DNA of 64,000 nt from Methanocella sp. (lineage in GTDB: Archaea > Thermoproteota > Bathyarchaeia > Bathyarchaeales > Bathycorpusculaceae): the NCBI GenBank assembly GCA_050261115.1, contig JBLNCY010000057.1, forward strand, positions 60,576-124,575. The letters run 5' to 3'. Position numbers and translations under genes: made by a program. Shown one piece after another: positions 28,688 through 37,742 of the stretch; the first letter of the stretch is position 1; each line of letters starts with the position of its first letter. Below the pieces are notes generated by a model. The model searched no databases. It was not told where the DNA came from and was given only the letters and a program-made list of their open reading frames with translations.

Positions 28688-29734
28688 ATGGAAACCCACC
28701 CCAAACCGGCATCTCTGGCTCCACGGGTTATAGCTTGGGAATCCACCCGAGCCTGCAACTATGCCTGTGTCCACTGCCGCGCAGAAGCACAAAAGCAAGC
28801 TGACCCCAACCAGTTAACCACCCAAGAAGCACTCCGACTAATGGATGAGATTGCAGAGGTATGCAAGCCCATTCTGATTATCAGCGGCGGAGACCCGCTA
28901 AAAAGAGAAGATATCTTTACGGTGGCTTCCTATGCCGATAAGCTGGGGTTTAGGGTAGTTATGTCCCCAAGCGGTAGCAACATAACCCCCGAAGTCATCT
29001 CCAACATGAAATCATCAGGCGTAAAGATGATCTCACTAAGCCTCGATGGCTCAAACGCAGTGGTGCATGATTCTTTTAGGAAAGTTCAGGGCGCGTTCGA
29101 TTTAGTCCTAAAAAACATCCACACCGCAAAAGAAGTCGGTATGCCTTTTCGCATAAATACAACAGTAACCAAACACAACGCCAACGACTTACCCGCCATT
29201 CACGATTTAGTTGTGTCTTTGGGTTCGGTTGAATGGGATGTTTTCATGCTTGTGCCCACAGGAAGAGGAAAAGTAACCATGGAAATAACCCCCCAAGAAT
29301 ACGAAGCCACGCTACAGCAGATTCATGCACTTAGCCAGAAATCGCTCATTCATATCAAAATGACCTGCGCCCCGCAATACATTCGCATAGCCGCCCAACA
29401 GGGCAAAGCCACTGGGGAAGCGCCTCATGGTCGCGGTTGCATGGCGGGCAACGGCTTCTGCTTCATATCCCACGTCGGAGAGGTATTCGGCTGTGGATTT
29501 TTACCGGTTGCCGCTGGAAACGTCAGAAAGGAAAAATTCGGCGACGTCTATCAGAAGGCACCCCTGTTTGCGGCACTGCGGAATCACAACCTGTTAACTG
29601 GGCACTGTGGCCTGTGTGAATTCAAGGTTGGGTGTGGCGGTTGTCGGGCTAGGGCATTATCGGTTTACGGCGATATGTTTGCTGGGGAACCCTATTGTAC
29701 CTATAGACCTGCAGCTCAAAAAACAAAAAGTTAG
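28688..29734 (+). CDS. ahbD: Radical SAM AdoMet-dependent heme synthase
   Basis: IAWESTRACNYACVHCRA, FMLVPTGRG, TCAPQY, GCMAG, CGGCRARA SPASM domain. Confidence 0.85.
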   Translation: METHPKPASLAPRVIAWESTRACNYACVHCRAEAQKQADPNQLTTQEALRLMDEIAEVCKPILIISGGDPLKREDIFTVASYADKLGFRVVMSPSGSNITPEVISNMKSSGVKMISLSLDGSNAVVHDSFRKVQGAFDLVLKNIHTAKEVGMPFRINTTVTKHNANDLPAIHDLVVSLGSVEWDVFMLVPTGRGKVTMEITPQEYEATLQQIHALSQKSLIHIKMTCAPQYIRIAAQQGKATGEAPHGRGCMAGNGFCFISHVGEVFGCGFLPVAAGNVRKEKFGDVYQKAPLFAALRNHNLLTGHCGLCEFKVGCGGCRARALSVYGDMFAGEPYCTYRPAAQKTKS

Positions 29735-29883
29735 ACACCTCAAGCTACTTTGGACATCAAGGAGAAAACTGGAGGCCAATTCTGACCCATAGTCGGGTTC
29801 CTTTCTTGCGTTCTTAATGGGCGAGTGTTGCCCTGAAAATAGATTCATATTGGGTTTTGACGTGTCAATTCGGTCTGATGCAT

Positions 29884-30138
29884 ATGGAATACGTTACATT
29901 CATCGGCTTACTCGCCGCGTTTCTAACAACAATTTCACTGTTGCCCCAAGTGATTAAAGTGTGGAAGACAAAATCCGCCAAGGACGTTTCGAGCGGTATG
30001 TTTTCGATACAATGCGGCTCAGTTTCAACTTGGGTTGTGTACGGCTTTCTAATGCATGACCTTCCCATCATAGCTGCAAACTTGCTGGTCTTTATTCAGG
30101 CAGCAACAATCTTGCTATTCAAGAAACGGTTCCGCTAA
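29884..30138 (+). CDS. SemiSWEET/PQ-loop transporter
   Basis: TTISLLPQVIKVWKTKSAKDVS, WVVYG, PIIAAN. Confidence 0.88.
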   Translation: MEYVTFIGLLAAFLTTISLLPQVIKVWKTKSAKDVSSGMFSIQCGSVSTWVVYGFLMHDLPIIAANLLVFIQAATILLFKKRFR

Positions 30139-30155
30139 ACCCTACCTAAGCCCTT

Positions 30156-30224
30156 CAAGTGCAAGTTGAACCATGGGTTGACTCTATTTATGAGGGAGGA
30201 GATCCCTCGGCAGAGCAACAGGCC
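30156..30224 (-). repeat. Dispersed ~68-bp intergenic element, copy 3
   Basis: Reverse complement: ggcctgttgctctgccgagggatctcctccctcataaatagagtcaacccatggttcaacttgcacttg. Confidence 0.8.
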
Positions 30225-30370
30225 GCCGCCATGACACCTCCAAGATGTTAGCAAAAAGAGTCCAAACGATGCCCTGCGTCCTCTGTGGAAACCAGCGTTA
30301 AATCCTAAAAGGGACCAAAATTATTTAATTCCACCGCCGACACTTCTCAAAGCAATTAGTCGTTAGTCAT

Positions 30371-31636
30371 TTGGAGACACAAAAGTTGGCACACCAAGAA
30401 TGCATAAACTGCAAAACAACCTACAGCATAGACGAAATTGTTTACTTCTGCAGAAAATGCGGAGACATCCTAGAAATCAAATATGACCCCCAAGAGCTTG
30501 CGGAGGCGGCAAAGACTAGCGACTGGAAGACCAAGCCGCTCTCTGTCTGGCGCTACCGCCCCTTTATGCCAATCCATGACAGCACCAAACTCGTCACTTT
30601 AGGCGAAGGCGGCACAGGCCTACACCACTCAATCCACCTAGGCAAAGAGTTAGGCGTCACAAACCTCTACGTAAAAAATGAAGGCGAAAACCCCACAGGC
30701 AGCTTTAAAGACCGAGGCATGACCGTTGGCGTAACCAAAGCCGTTGAACTCGGCGTCCGCCATGTAATCTGTGCATCCACAGGTAACACGAGTGCAGCCC
30801 TCGCAGCCTACGCAGCACGCGCCGGCACAAAATGTACCGTACTGATTCCCTCAGGCAAAATCGCCTACGGTAAACTCAGCCAAGCCATGATTCATGGCGC
30901 TAAAGTACTGCAGGTGCGCGGAAACTTTGACGAAGCTCTAGAATTCGTGCTCAAGCTGGGCGAAACGCATAGAGACATTTACTTGCTTAACTCGATTAAC
31001 CCCTTCCGTATCGAAGGCCAAAAATCCCTCGGATACGAAATCTGTGAGCAACTAAACTATGATGCTCCAGACCGCATAATTATCCCAGTCGGCAACGCAG
31101 GCAACATCAGCGCCGTCTGGAAAGGCCTCAAAGAATTCTACGAACTAGGCCTAATCAAAAAACTCCCAAAAATGACCGGTATCCAAGCAGCGGGGTCTGC
31201 TCCCATCGCGCAAGCCATCAAAGTCAACAGTGAAAAAATCGTCCCCGTCGAACATCCCGAAACCATCGCGACCGCCATCCGCATCGGCGCACCCGTAAGC
31301 TGGAAAAAAGCCGTCAACGCCATCCGCGAATCAGGCGGCACAGCCGAGACAGTAACAGATGACGAAATCCTTGACGCCCAAAAAACATTAGCACAAACCG
31401 AGGGTATCTTTGTGGAGCCTGCATCTGCCTCGTCACTGGCAGGCCTCAAAAAACTAGTCAATAACGGAACCATACAGCGAGATGAGCGTGTCGTCTGCAT
31501 CACTACAGGTCACGGCCTAAAAGATCCAGACACCGCCATCAAACAATGCGAAAAACCCATCGAGGTAGACGCACAAATCGAAGCAATCGAGGCGGCTCTT
31601 GGCCTAAAAAAGAGCATAATTGCCCCTGCAAGGTAG
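30371..31636 (+). CDS. thrC: Threonine synthase
   Basis: N-terminal Zn ribbon, NPTGSFKDRG PLP lysine, CASTGNTSA, PVGNAGN, TGHGLKD. Confidence 0.95.
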   Translation: METQKLAHQECINCKTTYSIDEIVYFCRKCGDILEIKYDPQELAEAAKTSDWKTKPLSVWRYRPFMPIHDSTKLVTLGEGGTGLHHSIHLGKELGVTNLYVKNEGENPTGSFKDRGMTVGVTKAVELGVRHVICASTGNTSAALAAYAARAGTKCTVLIPSGKIAYGKLSQAMIHGAKVLQVRGNFDEALEFVLKLGETHRDIYLLNSINPFRIEGQKSLGYEICEQLNYDAPDRIIIPVGNAGNISAVWKGLKEFYELGLIKKLPKMTGIQAAGSAPIAQAIKVNSEKIVPVEHPETIATAIRIGAPVSWKKAVNAIRESGGTAETVTDDEILDAQKTLAQTEGIFVEPASASSLAGLKKLVNNGTIQRDERVVCITTGHGLKDPDTAIKQCEKPIEVDAQIEAIEAALGLKKSIIAPAR

Positions 31637-31642
31637 ATAGAC

Positions 31643-32671
31643 ATGAGAATAATACTGATTGGTTATGGAGTAGTCGGAAAAGGCGTAACAACAATTCTAA
31701 CACGCCGATATGCCCAACAAATCAAAGACGGCTTTAACCCCAAAATCGTCGCCATAGCCGACATAGACGGCGCAATCATAAACCCCCGTGGATTGAGCCC
31801 CGAGAAACTAGAAGAAATCAAGCAGCGTGGCTACCCGATTTCTGCCGATAAAGACTTTGGTGTTCAAGGCATCAAAGCGCTTGATGTCATCAAAGAGGTT
31901 GAGGCAGAAGTCGTCGTCGAAGTCACCCCCGTAAACATTCAAACCGCAGAACCCGCCCTCTCCCACATCACAACCGCCTTCAAAACAGGCAAACACGTCG
32001 TCACCACCAACAAAGGCCCCCTAGCACTTGCCATGCCCGCCCTAACCGAACTAGCTGAATACAATAATGTGTATTTCCGCTTCAGTGGCACAGTCGGCGG
32101 CGGAACCCCGATGCTTGAATTCGCCAAACGCTGTCTGGCGGGCGATCGAATCTTGGGCATAAAGGGTATCCTAAACGGCACAACCAACTACATCCTAACC
32201 GAGATGGCGCAGAACCGCGTCTCCTTCCAAGACGCTCTATCTCAAGCACAAAAACTTGGATACGCAGAACGCGAGCCCTCCATGGATATCGACGGGTTTG
32301 ATACATCATGCAAGACAGTTATTCTTGCTAACTGGATACTAAACCAGAAAGTCACCCTCAAAGACGTGGACCGCACAGGCATCCGCTACGTAACCCTCCA
32401 AGACCTTGATGAAGCAGCCAAACGGGGCAACACCATCAAACTCATAGGTTCAGTGGATGACAAGAGCAAGCCTACAGTCAAACCCATGGAGGTCCCAAAG
32501 ACCAGCCCTATGTGTGTTAGCGGCGTTCTTAACGCAGTGACTTATCAATGTGAGTTCGCCGCTGAGCAGACAATCATCGGTCGGGGTGCCGGTTCGATTG
32601 AGACGGCAGGTGCAGTTTTAAGAGACCTCTTAGACATAAGACATAAGTTAGCATCTAGACTACTAACGTAG
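31643..32671 (+). CDS. hom: Homoserine dehydrogenase
   Basis: GYGVVG, VVTTNKGP, GILNGTTNYIL, GYAEREPSMDIDG, GRGAG. Confidence 0.95.
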   Translation: MRIILIGYGVVGKGVTTILTRRYAQQIKDGFNPKIVAIADIDGAIINPRGLSPEKLEEIKQRGYPISADKDFGVQGIKALDVIKEVEAEVVVEVTPVNIQTAEPALSHITTAFKTGKHVVTTNKGPLALAMPALTELAEYNNVYFRFSGTVGGGTPMLEFAKRCLAGDRILGIKGILNGTTNYILTEMAQNRVSFQDALSQAQKLGYAEREPSMDIDGFDTSCKTVILANWILNQKVTLKDVDRTGIRYVTLQDLDEAAKRGNTIKLIGSVDDKSKPTVKPMEVPKTSPMCVSGVLNAVTYQCEFAAEQTIIGRGAGSIETAGAVLRDLLDIRHKLASRLLT

Positions 32672-32690
32672 AGAAAGGCGAAAAGAAATC

Positions 32691-34097
32691 ATGAAAATTG
32701 TTATGAAGTTCGGTGGAACCAGCGTAGGCACAGGCGAGAACATACGCCACGTGGCCGACTTAGTTGCACAGTACAGCAAAGAACACAAAATCGCCGTCGT
32801 CGTCTCGGCACTTGCAGGCGTCACTAACAGCCTAATCGAAACCGGCTGCAAGGCACAGAAAAGCGACCAAAAAAACATCGAAGCATTCACCTCTAGCCTG
32901 CTAAAGAAGCACACAGACGCCATAGCCACGGCGATTACAAGTAAAAGCATCCAAAAAGAAGTAACCGAAATAACACAAAAAAGCATCGCCGAACTAGAAA
33001 AAGTCCTAACAGGCATCTGCTATGTGGGCGAATTAACCCCGAAATCAAAAGACTACGTAATGTCGTTTGGCGAACGCCTCTCTGCACCAATAGTTTGGGG
33101 AGCAATCAAAGACCACAACATACAGAGCCAATTCTTCACCGGCAAAGAATCAGGCATAGTTACCGACTCCAACTTTGGCGAAGCAGAACCCCTCATGAAC
33201 TACACAACCCACCTACTACGTGAACGATTGGAGCCTTTGATGGAGCAAGGCACTATCCCAGTTGTCACAGGCTTCATAGCCGCAAACCAAGACGGCATCG
33301 TAACCACCGTCGGCCGCGGAGGCAGCGACTACACAGCCACCATACTCGGCGTAGCCCTAAAAGCCGACGAGGTATGGATATGGACAGACGTAGACGGCAT
33401 CATGACCACCGATCCCAAACTTGTCCCAGCTGCACGCATGCTACCCCAACTAAGCTATCAAGAGGCAGCCGAAATGGCTATCTTCGGCGCCAAAGCCATG
33501 CATCCACGAGCTCTCGGCCCAGTATCTAAAGAAAACATACCTGTGCGCATAAGAAACACCCAAAACCCATCCAATATGGGCACACTAATCACAAAGGCGC
33601 CGGCGGCTAACGAGACTAAACCCGTAAAGGCAGTTGCCATGATTAAAGACGTCGGTATGCTAAACGTCTATGGCGCTGGCATGGTGGGTGCGCCGGGTAG
33701 CTATGCAAAGGTCTTTGATGTGCTTGGCAGAAATAACATAAACGTCATGATGATTTCCGCCGCTGCATCCGAAGCCAACATATCCATGATAGTGAAACGC
33801 TCAGTGCTGGGCAGAGCCGTAAGCAATATCGAAATCGCATTGCAGGAAAGAGGCGGCATAGTCAGTGAAGTCACAACCGAAGATGACGTTGCAGTTATCG
33901 CGGTTATGGGTGCTCACATGAAAGGTACGCTGGGTGTGGCGTCGAAAATCTTTAGCATCGTAGCCAAGATGGGTATAAACATCCGCATGATCGCACAAGG
34001 CAGCTCCGAACTCAACATCAGCTTTGTTGTGAAGGAGAAGGATGGCGCTGCCGTCGTTAGAGCAATCCATGAAGAGTTTAACCTCGACAAAGCCTAA
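32691..34097 (+). CDS. lysC: Aspartate kinase with two ACT domains
   Basis: MKFGGTSV, SFGERLS, GRGGSDYTA, WTDVDG, QGSSELNIS. Confidence 0.95.
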   Translation: MKIVMKFGGTSVGTGENIRHVADLVAQYSKEHKIAVVVSALAGVTNSLIETGCKAQKSDQKNIEAFTSSLLKKHTDAIATAITSKSIQKEVTEITQKSIAELEKVLTGICYVGELTPKSKDYVMSFGERLSAPIVWGAIKDHNIQSQFFTGKESGIVTDSNFGEAEPLMNYTTHLLRERLEPLMEQGTIPVVTGFIAANQDGIVTTVGRGGSDYTATILGVALKADEVWIWTDVDGIMTTDPKLVPAARMLPQLSYQEAAEMAIFGAKAMHPRALGPVSKENIPVRIRNTQNPSNMGTLITKAPAANETKPVKAVAMIKDVGMLNVYGAGMVGAPGSYAKVFDVLGRNNINVMMISAAASEANISMIVKRSVLGRAVSNIEIALQERGGIVSEVTTEDDVAVIAVMGAHMKGTLGVASKIFSIVAKMGINIRMIAQGSSELNISFVVKEKDGAAVVRAIHEEFNLDKA

Positions 34098-34197
34098 CTT
34101 TTCCATTTTTGTTTCTGTGTGCTTGCAGGCACAACTATTTTTATTTCTTGAATATCTGAACCCTTTAGTTTTAGCAGTAGAATACTGGGAGTTATGA

Positions 34198-34680
34198 ATG
34201 CGTAACTTACTTCGTAACCGGAAAGGCTCTGGGAAGATTATTGCTTTAGTTCTCATCATAATCGTTGTCTTTGCGTTGGTGAGTTTGGCTATCTACTATT
34301 ATTATGCGTACAATAACCTGACTTTCAATTTAAACCAAGTTAGGTTAGGCGAGGTAAGCTCGAATTCTCTAACGCTAAATGTCCAGATCGCCATTAACAA
34401 CACGTATCTGCTACCAGTTTACATCCCAAGCGGCAGCTTCACGCTGTACCTTAATGATCAACGGCTGGGAACGGGCACGTTTAACTCGATAACAGTCGGA
34501 GGAAACAATCAAGGCATAGTTACAGTGCCAGTTACAATTAATGCTGCTGACGTTCCGTCTGCTGCTTTCGGTGTGCCAACAGGCGGCGGCACGGTGACTT
34601 TAACTGTTCAGGGCTCGGCTAATCTGGTGGTGTTTAGTGTACCATTCAATGCTACTCTCTACAATGCACAATTAACTTAG
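34198..34680 (+). CDS. LEA type 2 (WHy domain) family membrane-anchored protein
   Basis: N-terminal TM; INNTYLLPV...FTLYLNDQRLGTG...TVGG...VTVPV pattern. Confidence 0.7.
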   Translation: MRNLLRNRKGSGKIIALVLIIIVVFALVSLAIYYYYAYNNLTFNLNQVRLGEVSSNSLTLNVQIAINNTYLLPVYIPSGSFTLYLNDQRLGTGTFNSITVGGNNQGIVTVPVTINAADVPSAAFGVPTGGGTVTLTVQGSANLVVFSVPFNATLYNAQLT

Positions 34681-34785
34681 GCAACTGCCCAGCAGCCGTA
34701 AGTATCCTCTATGATGTATCTGAAAAAGATTACTTGTCCACTGAAGACTTGCTGTTTTGGGTGACGTAGTGGTAATTCGGCTGCT

Positions 34786-34853
34786 GTTCTGTTGCTTTGC
34801 CGAGCTACCCTTCCCTTATATATAGAACCAACCAAGGGTTGAACCTGTGCTTG
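34786..34853 (+). repeat. Dispersed ~68-bp intergenic element, copy 4
   Basis: gttctgttgctttgccgagctacccttcccttatatatagaaccaaccaagggttgaacctgtgcttg, between convergent genes. Confidence 0.88.
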
Positions 34854-34957
34854 GTAAAAATCGTGAGGAAAGAATACCTATGGCGCGGGGTGTTTAGTTA
34901 TTGGTCATCTTGGAAGCTATAGTCCAAAAAATTGAAATAAAGAAAAGAGTGAACCGC

Positions 34958-35557
34958 TCAGTTTGCGGTTACTGTTATATCGTCGATGTAGTAGGTCATC
35001 TCTGTTTCCCAAACAGCCGAGATGCCTAATGCTACTTTGACGTTGCCTGACTCGTCAGTTTTCACCTCTGCGGAGTAACTGTAGCTCTTCCAGCCCTCTG
35101 CTTGGTTTGCCGCACCTATTACCTGGAAGTCGCCTTCGGATGCGGCGTTCTTGGTACCGATGTAGGCGACTACATTTGCTAGAGTGTTGAAGCTCTCACT
35201 GTTGCTCCATAATTGGAATGTTACAGTCACATCTCTTGTAGTGTTTGGGGTCAATGCAAGATTGCGTGTTAGCCAGATGGTTCCGTCGTCCTGACTGCCG
35301 TCAATGTAGAACTGCGCTGACCTGTTACCAGCGAAAGATTGGTTTGAGACGACGTTGATTGTCCAGTTAACGGTTTGTCCGGGGTGGTTTGGGTCTGCTG
35401 GTACGTCTGCGCCAGTCACCCAGTCGCCAAGTCCATCCTCGAAGCCTTGGTTGATTGTGGTTGTCTGGGGTTTCTGGGATGGTTGAATTAAGATGATTCC
35501 TGTTAGAACTGCAGCTATGATTACAACCGCTGCAATGATATAGATTGTCTTCTTCAT
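34958..35557 (-). CDS. Secreted/anchored beta-sandwich protein (CBM-like)
   Basis: Signal anchor; NQGFEDGLGDW...YYIDDITV pattern typical of galactose-binding-like folds. Confidence 0.65.
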   Translation of the reverse strand: MKKTIYIIAAVVIIAAVLTGIILIQPSQKPQTTTINQGFEDGLGDWVTGADVPADPNHPGQTVNWTINVVSNQSFAGNRSAQFYIDGSQDDGTIWLTRNLALTPNTTRDVTVTFQLWSNSESFNTLANVVAYIGTKNAASEGDFQVIGAANQAEGWKSYSYSAEVKTDESGNVKVALGISAVWETEMTYYIDDITVTAN

Positions 35558-35769
35558 GGTTTGTACTTCCTTTCAGACTGGATGGACTGCGTTTGGTTTA
35601 ATACTACACTTTCGTACATTGTGTCTAGAGAGTGGTACATGGCTTTTTGTGGTGTACTAAATTCTGTCTCTCCCCTAACTTGATAGTAATGGGCGCTTTC
35701 TTTCTGCGGTTTTTGCTGGCTACTGCTTCTGCAGTTGAAGTCTGTTGCTTTTGAGCTAAAATTTTTGGT

Positions 35770-36345
35770 TTATCCTACCAAGTTCGATAGAACCTCGTAT
35801 GCTTTGAGGCTGTCCTTCTTTTCAACTACCATTATGGTTTCTGTCCAGCAAGAGATGAATTCAACAATGTTCACGTTCTGCTCAGCAAGCAACGTGGCAA
35901 GGAACGCAACGACACCCGGCGTGTTTTCCAGTTCTTCGGGAGAATGAACAACAATCATAGTGCAGTTCTCGTGTTTGATCAGAGAAGTTGTGCGTTCTGG
36001 CATGTCGCTTCGATCCATGAGGTAAACGAATTTGTCCAGTAAGTCGACTTTCATGCCTTTTTGGTTGAGTTCTTTGGCGGTGATCATGACAGCTTTGCGG
36101 TCGTAGACTGCGATGCTGCTTTTCCGTAGCAGATGGAGGACTTTTTCTTCTCTTTTTTGGCGGTGCTTTTGGAGTTCTTCGGCATAGCGGCGGAGGGCGG
36201 CTTTGATGGCGCTTGTGTCGCTGACTTTTAGTTCCGCCTGGAGTTGCCGTGAGAGTTCGCTTAGGTTCACGATTCCCTTCTCGAGTGCTTCTAGTAGGTA
36301 GGGTTTGTTGCGTAGGTGGTTACGGACGTTTTGAGCGACGGTCAT
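35770..36345 (-). CDS. Archaeal ACT-domain protein with N-terminal HTH-like region (putative amino-acid-sensing regulator)
   Basis: GIVNLSELSRQL...AIKAALRR; TPGVVAFLATLLAEQNVNIVEFISCWTETI. Confidence 0.78.
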   Translation of the reverse strand: MTVAQNVRNHLRNKPYLLEALEKGIVNLSELSRQLQAELKVSDTSAIKAALRRYAEELQKHRQKREEKVLHLLRKSSIAVYDRKAVMITAKELNQKGMKVDLLDKFVYLMDRSDMPERTTSLIKHENCTMIVVHSPEELENTPGVVAFLATLLAEQNVNIVEFISCWTETIMVVEKKDSLKAYEVLSNLVG

Positions 36346-36468
36346 GTTAAAATGGAATGTATCAAATGGGACATTTAAACCTTATTAAGTAACAAAAAAG
36401 TCGCAACCTTTAAAAATACAGCCCTTAAGGTAAGGGAAACAAATCACAAATAAAAATGGGGAAGCAAA

Positions 36469-37704
36469 GTGGCAGACAAATATGTATTAGCTTACTCCGG
36501 CGGATTAGACACATCCGTGTTAATCAAATACCTTCAACAGAAGTGTAATGCTCAAGTAATCACCGTCACCGTCGATGTAGGCCAAGGCGATGACTTAAAA
36601 GCAATCGGCGAAAAAGCAAAAAAACTCGGTGTGCTAAAAAATGTCGCCATAGACGCCAAAGAAGAATTCGTCCAAGACTACATTTTCCCCGCTATCAAAG
36701 CCAATGCCCTCTATGAAGGCAAATACCCCATCAGCACCAGTCTAAGCCGTCCCTTAATCGCAAAAAAGATGGTGGAAGTCGCAGAGAAAGAAGACGCAAA
36801 CGGCTTAGTGCATGGCTGCACCGGACGCGGAAACGATCAGGTCCGCTTCGACATCACCCTAGCATCGCTTGCTCCCGGAAAACAAATTCTCGCCCCCGTA
36901 CGTGACTGGGGCCTAACACGCGAGGAAGAAATCGCTTATGCCAAAGAAAACAATATCCCAATTTCGGAAGGTGCAAAAAAGTACAGTATAGACGCAAGCC
37001 TCTGGGGACGTGCAATCGAATGCGGTTTGCTTGAGGATGCAAATAATGAGCCGCCAGAAGACGCCTATGAGTGGACTGCCTCACCCGACAAAGCACCCGA
37101 CGTACCCGAGGTTATCACAATCGGTTTTGAGGCAGGCGTACCTGTATCAGTCAATGGCAAAAAAATGAAGCCCCTCACACTTATCGAGGAAGTAAACAAG
37201 ATCGCAGGTAAGCATGGCGTAGGACGAATTGACCACATCGAAGACCGTGTGGTCGGTTTGAAATCACGCGAAGTCTATGAATGCCCCGCAGCATTAGTCA
37301 TTTTGGATGCTCACCATGACCTTGAAAAGATGGTTATGACACGCAACCAAGTGCTATTCAAACAGATAATTGATGCTCAATGGGTAAACCTAGCATATAG
37401 CGGTCTATGGGTTGACCCATTAAAGGACGACCTCGACGCATACATTAACAAGTCGCAGGAAAACGTCACCGGCGAAGTCAAAATCAAACTATTCAAAGGT
37501 AGCATGCAGATTATCGGCCGCAACTCACCCAATAGCCTCTACAACAAAAACCTCGCCAACTATAACATCAAAACCAGCTTCAACCAGTCATACAGCAAAG
37601 GCTTCATTGAACTCTACGGCTTACAGACCGTTATGTACAACAATCTCAAAGCCGCCGAGGAAGCTGCCAAACAAAAGCCTAAATCCAAGGCCAAAAAGGC
37701 CTAA
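36469..37704 (+). CDS. argG: Argininosuccinate synthase
   Basis: LAYSGGLDTS, HGCTGRGNDQVRF, GLKSREVYE. Confidence 0.97.
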   Translation: MADKYVLAYSGGLDTSVLIKYLQQKCNAQVITVTVDVGQGDDLKAIGEKAKKLGVLKNVAIDAKEEFVQDYIFPAIKANALYEGKYPISTSLSRPLIAKKMVEVAEKEDANGLVHGCTGRGNDQVRFDITLASLAPGKQILAPVRDWGLTREEEIAYAKENNIPISEGAKKYSIDASLWGRAIECGLLEDANNEPPEDAYEWTASPDKAPDVPEVITIGFEAGVPVSVNGKKMKPLTLIEEVNKIAGKHGVGRIDHIEDRVVGLKSREVYECPAALVILDAHHDLEKMVMTRNQVLFKQIIDAQWVNLAYSGLWVDPLKDDLDAYINKSQENVTGEVKIKLFKGSMQIIGRNSPNSLYNKNLANYNIKTSFNQSYSKGFIELYGLQTVMYNNLKAAEEAAKQKPKSKAKKA

Positions 37705-37742
37705 CTTTTTAAAACTTGGGGGAGGGAAAGGAAACGTCAAAG

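Noticed and set aside
34710-34745. Possible C/D-box sRNA (ATGATG...CTGA...CTGA)
   Set aside because: Imperfect C box, and spacing incompatible with guide regions.
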